Source: an uncultured Blautia sp. (GTDB taxonomy: Bacteria; Bacillota; Clostridia; Lachnospirales; Lachnospiraceae). Taken from it: 64,000 nt of DNA. The translations under genes were made by a program, and so were the position numbers. The stretch's first letter is position 1. Each line of letters starts with the position of its first letter. This document shows, one piece after another, positions 58,465-64,000 of the stretch. The stretch lies in assembly GCA_948436455.1 (NCBI GenBank), contig CAOJIB010000001.1:9525-73524 (forward strand). The letters are read 5' to 3'. The notes under the pieces are model-generated. The model was not told where the DNA came from. It saw only the letters and a program-made list of their open reading frames with translations, and searched no databases.

Positions 58465-59817
58465 CTATTGCGCCGGCCATTTTCTTTTCCTGTGTAGATA
58501 ATACAACACGAACAAAACGGCTGTCACCGACCAGGAAATCGGATAGCTAAGAAGTACCGTCTTAATCTCGCTGTACCGCGGGAACATACTGGCCACCCAC
58601 ACCACGCGCAATACGCAGACACCGCCGCAGACAATCATCGTCGGCAGCAGCACGTCCCCCATGCCGCGCAGGGTGCTGGAAAGGATCTCGATGATCACAT
58701 AGACAGAGTAAAAGGGCATTAGAAAACGGATCATCGACGTACCAATACCGACAACTTCCGGATCGCCGGTAAACAGATGAAGAAGACCGCTCCCGCCCAG
58801 GATCAAAACGGCGCTTAGCACGACGGAAAAAGACATTCCCATGCCAAAGGAAACGGCGACGCTGCGGCGGATCCGTCCATATTTTCCCGCACCGTAATTC
58901 TGCCCGACAAAAGTAGCGATGGAAATCCCAAAGGCATTCACTGCCATCCAATATAGATTGTCTACCTTTCCATAGGCCGTATAAGCGGCCACCGTGTCGG
59001 TGCCGAAGGAATTTATGTATGCCTGCATGATCGTATTGGACACGTTATACATGACCGACTGCAGGCCGGCGGGAATACCGATCCGCAAAAGGGAACGCAG
59101 CGCCGACCGGTAAAAGCGCAGCTCCCGCAGCCGCAGCCGGTAAATATCCTGGGATCTGGCCAGCGCCCGCAGTACGAAAACAGCGCTCACCCCCTGGGAT
59201 AGAAACGTCCCCAAGGCTACGCCCGCCACGCCTAAGCGCAGCACCGGAACAAAAAGTATGTCCAGAAAAATATTGATAAAGCAGCAAAGGATCAGATAAT
59301 ACAGCGGCCGCTTGGAATCCCCCGCCGCCCGAAGGATCGCGGAGCCCACATTAAAAATAAACACAAAAACAATCCCGGCAAAATAAATCCGCAAATACAG
59401 GATCGAACCGGCCATCAGCTCCGTGGGCGTATGCATCATCCGCAGAAGCGCCGGCGATGCCAAAATCCCAAACGCCGTAATACATGCGCTCCCCACCAGG
59501 GAAAAGGCAATGGCCGTATGCAGCGCGTAATTGATATTTTTTTCATCCTTCGCCCCGTAAAACTGAGAGATGATCACCGTAGCGCCAGACGAAAGCCCCA
59601 CAAAAAAGCCAACGATCAGCATAATAATCTGCCCGGAGGAGCCGCCCACGCTTCCCAGCGCCTCCTTGCCCACGAAACGTCCTACGATCATCGCATCCGC
59701 CGTGTTATAAATCTGCTGAAAAAAAGTCCCCAGCACAATGGGAAAGAAAAAGAGAAGGAGTTGCTTCCAAATCACTCCCTCTGTAATCTGATTTCTCACA
59801 TGCCTTTCTTCGTTCAT
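58465..59817 (-). CDS. MATE family efflux transporter
   Basis: QQIYNTADAMIVGRFVG, GDSKRPL, FVGQNYGAG; about 12 transmembrane helices. Confidence 0.93.
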   Translation of the reverse strand: MNEERHVRNQITEGVIWKQLLLFFFPIVLGTFFQQIYNTADAMIVGRFVGKEALGSVGGSSGQIIMLIVGFFVGLSSGATVIISQFYGAKDEKNINYALHTAIAFSLVGSACITAFGILASPALLRMMHTPTELMAGSILYLRIYFAGIVFVFIFNVGSAILRAAGDSKRPLYYLILCCFINIFLDILFVPVLRLGVAGVALGTFLSQGVSAVFVLRALARSQDIYRLRLRELRFYRSALRSLLRIGIPAGLQSVMYNVSNTIMQAYINSFGTDTVAAYTAYGKVDNLYWMAVNAFGISIATFVGQNYGAGKYGRIRRSVAVSFGMGMSFSVVLSAVLILGGSGLLHLFTGDPEVVGIGTSMIRFLMPFYSVYVIIEILSSTLRGMGDVLLPTMIVCGGVCVLRVVWVASMFPRYSEIKTVLLSYPISWSVTAVLFVLYYLHRKRKWPAQ

Positions 59818-59964
59818 GTCACACCTCTTCCTACATATATAGAATTAGCCTTTCATGCACTCAGTCCTTTATATCACATCCCCAGACATTTGTCGATATC
59901 CAATTTTACAGTTTTGGGACTACTTTTTCAAGAAGTCTCAAAATGAAATTCTTCCACCTCTATT

Positions 59965-61506
59965 TCATATATTTTCACTCTCCGCCCGCCGTTCTTTTAG
60001 CTCTAAAAGCCTGCAGGACAGCAGCAAATACAAAATTTCATCCGGATCGTCCAGATCTGTTTCCAGAATCTTTTTGATCTTCTCCAGCCGATAGAGGAAC
60101 GTACTTCGATGGATAAACAGATCTTTTGCAGATTTTACCGCATTCAAATGGTTTTCCAGATAGGTGCGCAGCGTCTGCATATAATTCGTCCCCTGCGCCG
60201 CGTCATATTCCTTTAGGCGGAGCAGCGGCTCATGGCAGACCATATAATCCGGAAGCTGGCTCATCGTCTGCTCCAGCAAATAAAAAAGAGCGATCTGATT
60301 AAAATGATGAATCCAGATATGCGGATAATACCGGCAGCCCACCTCCAGCGCTAAGCAGGCCTGCACATACTGCCTCCGAAGATTCATATGGCCGTGCATA
60401 CTCCTGCTGTAGCCCGCCTTAAAAAAGCTGTCCCGAATAAAGCAGGTCAGCTTTTCCGAGGCGCTCTCCTTATCCATGTGCAGCAGCGTCAGATTAAAAA
60501 ATACGACCATATCCTTTTTATAAGGAAGGCTGCAAGTAGCCGGTAGCAGCTCTTCAATATAGCTGCAGACGGCGTTCGTCGTCAGATTCTGCTGATCCAT
60601 ATAGGTCCCCTGCAGCACCATCGCCATATAGTCGTGCTTGGGATACCAGCCAAATGCGGAAAGCTGCTGACTAATCTCCACATAGTCCGCCTTGCTGTCT
60701 GAAAGAACGCGCAAAAATATGGCGTGCAGATTATTTTCCCCAGACAACTGCATTTCGCTGGAATGATACAACAAATACCGTACGTAGGAAGCCAGCATTT
60801 CCAGAAGGCAGGCGTCACCCTTCGTCAGCGGACGCGGGTATTCCAGCATCATTAGACGGTGGGTCGTATAGCCAAACTGACGAATATTCACATTCCAGGA
60901 GCGTATGCCGGTGAGCTTGGCCGGGAAAATATACGGCTCCTCGAAATTCTGGGAGTCGTTATAGAAATCGTCCTGCTTCATGGAATTGATGTATTCGATT
61001 CTCTTTTCGGAATTATTAAAAATCTGATACTCTGCCGGCAGCATTTCCTGCCCGGCGGAAGCGATCATGGAAAAGCCCCGGCTGATCAGGCACAGCGGAC
61101 AGCCCAACAGAGAAAACGCCTGATTCAAAAGCTGCTGCAGGGAACCGCCGGATAAAAGCAACTTGGAAAGCCGCTGCTCCCAGCCGTCGTATTCGTCAAA
61201 AATATCCTGCACCAGATTCAAAAGCTCCACCAGGGAAGCGTCCCCGACCGCCAGATATGTCAGGCTGTCCGATCCTTCCACCTCCAAAGCCGGAAGACGC
61301 GGAAGCAAAAACAGCACGTCCCTTGGCAGCATAGCCCTTCCCCGGGGAATTTCTTCTATAATATAGATGCGGCCGGGAAGAAGCTCCGCTCCTGCTTCAT
61401 ACAACACCGGCCGGCCATAGAGCGCCTTGGGCCGGGCGTTATGCCCCTGCACCCGGGAAAATCTTTCTGCCAAGCGCTCTTTTAACAGCGCAAAACTTAA
61501 ATTCAT
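59965..61506 (-). CDS. PucR/CdaR family transcriptional regulator
   Basis: C-terminal HTH TLRTYL..AKDLFIHRSTFLYRLEKI. Confidence 0.88.
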   Translation of the reverse strand: MNLSFALLKERLAERFSRVQGHNARPKALYGRPVLYEAGAELLPGRIYIIEEIPRGRAMLPRDVLFLLPRLPALEVEGSDSLTYLAVGDASLVELLNLVQDIFDEYDGWEQRLSKLLLSGGSLQQLLNQAFSLLGCPLCLISRGFSMIASAGQEMLPAEYQIFNNSEKRIEYINSMKQDDFYNDSQNFEEPYIFPAKLTGIRSWNVNIRQFGYTTHRLMMLEYPRPLTKGDACLLEMLASYVRYLLYHSSEMQLSGENNLHAIFLRVLSDSKADYVEISQQLSAFGWYPKHDYMAMVLQGTYMDQQNLTTNAVCSYIEELLPATCSLPYKKDMVVFFNLTLLHMDKESASEKLTCFIRDSFFKAGYSRSMHGHMNLRRQYVQACLALEVGCRYYPHIWIHHFNQIALFYLLEQTMSQLPDYMVCHEPLLRLKEYDAAQGTNYMQTLRTYLENHLNAVKSAKDLFIHRSTFLYRLEKIKKILETDLDDPDEILYLLLSCRLLELKERRAESENI

Positions 61507-61518
61507 ACTACCTCTTCC

Positions 61519-62151
61519 TTACGGAAAAAAGCCTCTGGCCAGCTTTGCCGCCTCCAGAGCTGTTTCCGTATACGCATCCGCGCCGATCTCATCAGCAAAT
61601 TCCTGAGTAACAGGCCCGCCTCCTACCATAATTTTCAGCCGACGTTCCCTGTCATAATGGCGGATTGCCTTGACAATCTGGCGCATCTCCCGCATCGTCG
61701 TCGTCAGCAGAGAAGAAATGAGGACGATCGAAGCATCCGGATGCTCCCGGATCGCCTTTAAAAACTGCTTTTCCGACACATCCACGCCCAAATCCACCAC
61801 CTCGAAACCATAACTGCGAAAAATGATCCCTACCAGATTCTTACCAATCTCATGCAAATCCCCTTGCACCGTCCCAAGGATCACCTTCGCAACCGGCGCA
61901 TATTCCCCGCACTCTAAATAGGGCTGCAAAATTTCCAGCCCTCGTTTCATGCAGCGCGCGCTGGCAAGGATATTCGGAATATAAAGCGTCTGGTTTCCAT
62001 AGAGCTCTTCCACCCGCCGCATCGCCGGCAGTAGTCCCTGCATCAAGATCTCCGTCACAGGCGTCCCTTCCTTTAGCGCCTGCCGGATCAGCTCCTGCGT
62101 GTCCTTATAATGTCCATTCATAATGGAATCGCTGATATCTTCCATGTGCAT
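61519..62151 (-). CDS. Corrinoid (B12-binding) protein of a methyltransferase system
   Basis: GTVQGDLHEIGKNLV (DxHxxG), SSLLTTT, VGGGPVT..IGADAY. Confidence 0.92.
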   Translation of the reverse strand: MHMEDISDSIMNGHYKDTQELIRQALKEGTPVTEILMQGLLPAMRRVEELYGNQTLYIPNILASARCMKRGLEILQPYLECGEYAPVAKVILGTVQGDLHEIGKNLVGIIFRSYGFEVVDLGVDVSEKQFLKAIREHPDASIVLISSLLTTTMREMRQIVKAIRHYDRERRLKIMVGGGPVTQEFADEIGADAYTETALEAAKLARGFFP

Positions 62152-62309
62152 TTGGCTAGCCCCCTGTAAATAGCATGGCAGTCATCCGTTTCGCAATATT
62201 CTTTCATTTTAGCGTATTTCTAAGATTCATACAACGCGCAATTTCATCCAGGCGGCGGCCTGCGCAGGTGCAAGTTGCCCCCCTACGTTGCAAAGCGCAC
62301 CTCTTCTCG

Positions 62310-62849
62310 TTATTCCAGCAAATAACACGACGTATAAGCAATCGTATTTTCCCCATAGTAATATGGAAGCTGATTGCTCTGACAGACCTGGGTGACCAGC
62401 ATCCCATAGGCTTCCATAGAAGACGTCAGCTTCTGCGGAAAACGGCAGGGGGCGTCGGGATACGTGCACGTCTCGCATCGAGTGCAGCAGCCGCAGCCCA
62501 GGGAAAGCCTTCCAGGGTACAGGCGGCTTAAATACTCGTCGAATTTTACAAAGTTTTCTTTATGTATCCGCTCCGTTTCCATCATAGCCTCGTAATCCAT
62601 GGAATCTTCCAGTTCCCCCACCGTCTGAACCAAAAGCCCCCGGCTGTACTGGCGCACACGCTTTTCACACTCCTCGATCGTCCCGCAGGCAGGCGGCGCA
62701 GCCCAATTCGCATTATACTGATGACACTTATCCGCCGCGCACATATCTCGTACCTCCGGCAGAATCTGGATCGTCGCGCAATCCAGCGGCACCACGTACG
62801 TCAGGCCCAGCGATTGCCCTTTTTCTTTTAATCCTTGATAATCGATCAT
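62310..62849 (-). CDS. DUF2284-like Cys-rich metal-binding protein
   Basis: VRDMC..C..Y..NWAAPP, GCGCCTRCETC..PCRFP, SMEAYG. Confidence 0.75.
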   Translation of the reverse strand: MIDYQGLKEKGQSLGLTYVVPLDCATIQILPEVRDMCAADKCHQYNANWAAPPACGTIEECEKRVRQYSRGLLVQTVGELEDSMDYEAMMETERIHKENFVKFDEYLSRLYPGRLSLGCGCCTRCETCTYPDAPCRFPQKLTSSMEAYGMLVTQVCQSNQLPYYYGENTIAYTSCYLLE

Positions 62850-64000
62850 AGCAGCGACTCCTTTCCACCGTTATCGACGTCGTTTATCGAAAATTCCAAC
62901 GCATCCACAAAGCAGTCCTGAAAACGCGGCGAAGTGGCCAGCTCCAGAAATTCCGTCTTCTCGGCCAATTCTTTCGCGTGCGCCCATTCCCCGCGATTTA
63001 AAAGAGCGATCTTCGCTCCTTCGCCCGCCGCGTTGCCCACCACGGTAATCCGCTCCAGCAGCTCAAAGGGAAGCAAGCCGATCCTGCAGGCGCTCAGCGG
63101 CTTCATATAACTTCCAAAAGCTCCCGCGAGCAACACCTCCCGGATCTGGGAAACCGTAATTCCCAAATGCTCCGTCATCAGGGAAATTCCCGCGGCAATA
63201 GCGGCCTTTGCAAGCTGCACCTCCCGGATATCCTTCTGCGTCAAATAAACCGGGCGCCCCTGCCGCCCTTCCTTTTCATCCGCCAGTACAAAGCAAAAGC
63301 TGCCGTCGATTTTTTGCAGGCGCCATTGATTTGCCAGCGCTACCGGATGCTCTAATTCCTCCGGCGGCAGCAGCCGGCCGGACTCATCTACAAAACCGTA
63401 CAGCAAAAGCTCCGCCAACAGATCCATCAAGCCAGAACCGCAAATGCCGACCGGCGCGCCGGCGCCGATGACAGAATACTGCAGCGCATCCCCGACAAAT
63501 TCCACATGATCGATCGCACCCTTCGCTCCCCGCATCCCGCAGGCAATCTTCGCGCCTTCAAAGGCCGGGCCGGCCGCCGTGGAACAGCACACGCTTTTTT
63601 CCTTATTTCCAAGCACCATCTCGCCGTTTGTCCCGATGTCAATCAATAGCGTTTGCTCCTCCCGATGGTCGAAATCCGCACAAAGCAGGCACCCTACCGT
63701 ATCCGCCCCCACAAAGCCGGCGATATTGGGCAAAAGGAACACCTGGCCTCTAGGATGTATGGAAATCCCAAGCTTTGCAGCATCCAACACCAACGGCTGA
63801 GAAATAGTCGGATGATACGGCGCATGAACCAGCGAATCTGGCAAAAGCCCCAGAAACAGATGGCTCATACAAGTATTTCCCACAACGGCCATCTGATAAA
63901 TTGCTTCCCTTTCGATCGCGGCTTCCTTGCAAAGCGCATCCAGGATTTCACCGATTGCCTGGCGAACGGCCGTAGTCAGCGGCTCTACCGAATGCTCTAT
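62846..64000 (-). CDS. ASKHA-type reductive activator of corrinoid proteins (RamA/RACo-like); 5' end lies outside the window
   Basis: GNTCM.HLFLG, GFVGAD, IDIGTNGE, AAGPAFEG, GICGSG, LAGAFG, GNAAGEGA. Confidence 0.9.
   Translation of the reverse strand: MEHSVEPLTTAVRQAIGEILDALCKEAAIEREAIYQMAVVGNTCMSHLFLGLLPDSLVHAPYHPTISQPLVLDAAKLGISIHPRGQVFLLPNIAGFVGADTVGCLLCADFDHREEQTLLIDIGTNGEMVLGNKEKSVCCSTAAGPAFEGAKIACGMRGAKGAIDHVEFVGDALQYSVIGAGAPVGICGSGLMDLLAELLLYGFVDESGRLLPPEELEHPVALANQWRLQKIDGSFCFVLADEKEGRQGRPVYLTQKDIREVQLAKAAIAAGISLMTEHLGITVSQIREVLLAGAFGSYMKPLSACRIGLLPFELLERITVVGNAAGEGAKIALLNRGEWAHAKELAEKTEFLELATSPRFQDCFVDALEFSINDVDNGGKESLL

Noticed and set aside
1-64000. rRNA, tRNA, transposase or phage structural genes
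   Set aside because: None recognised by eye or in the ORF track.

Overview
Chromosomal window from a spore-forming, motile Clostridia-type bacterium; gene order and protein sequences look Lachnospiraceae-like (my inference). From left to right it holds the start of a Tad/Flp pilus operon with a divergent PilZ gene, a chemotaxis and late-flagellar block (cheAWRB, flgMNKL, fliW, csrA), and the rpmG-secE-nusG-rplK-rplA cluster. Next come mnmA-hydE, a Csp-like subtilisin, D-LDH, nudC and PFOR. A long nitrogen cluster follows (pyrG-gltB-gltD, glnA-like, ANTAR, dapL, Asn T-box, aspS-gatCAB), then a polyol/inositol catabolic operon, a B12/iron-chelate ABC transporter, a large serine recombinase, a MATE pump and a corrinoid-protein cluster. 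The most striking observation is missing from the ORF track. The recombinase stop codon (58239-58241) overlaps a start-less 3' half of spoIIID (58231-58383, TVHKDVTERL...RHIRGGLATREKY), cut inside its HTH at an att-like inverted repeat. I could not find the 5' half in the window by eye. A 47-aa ORF behind a mother-cell-type promoter (52974-53117) is a candidate directionality factor. This suggests a skin-like developmental DNA rearrangement that rebuilds spoIIID, possibly across more than 58 kb containing essential genes. A second candidate is a degenerate glutamine synthetase paired with a pseudo-receiver ANTAR protein.
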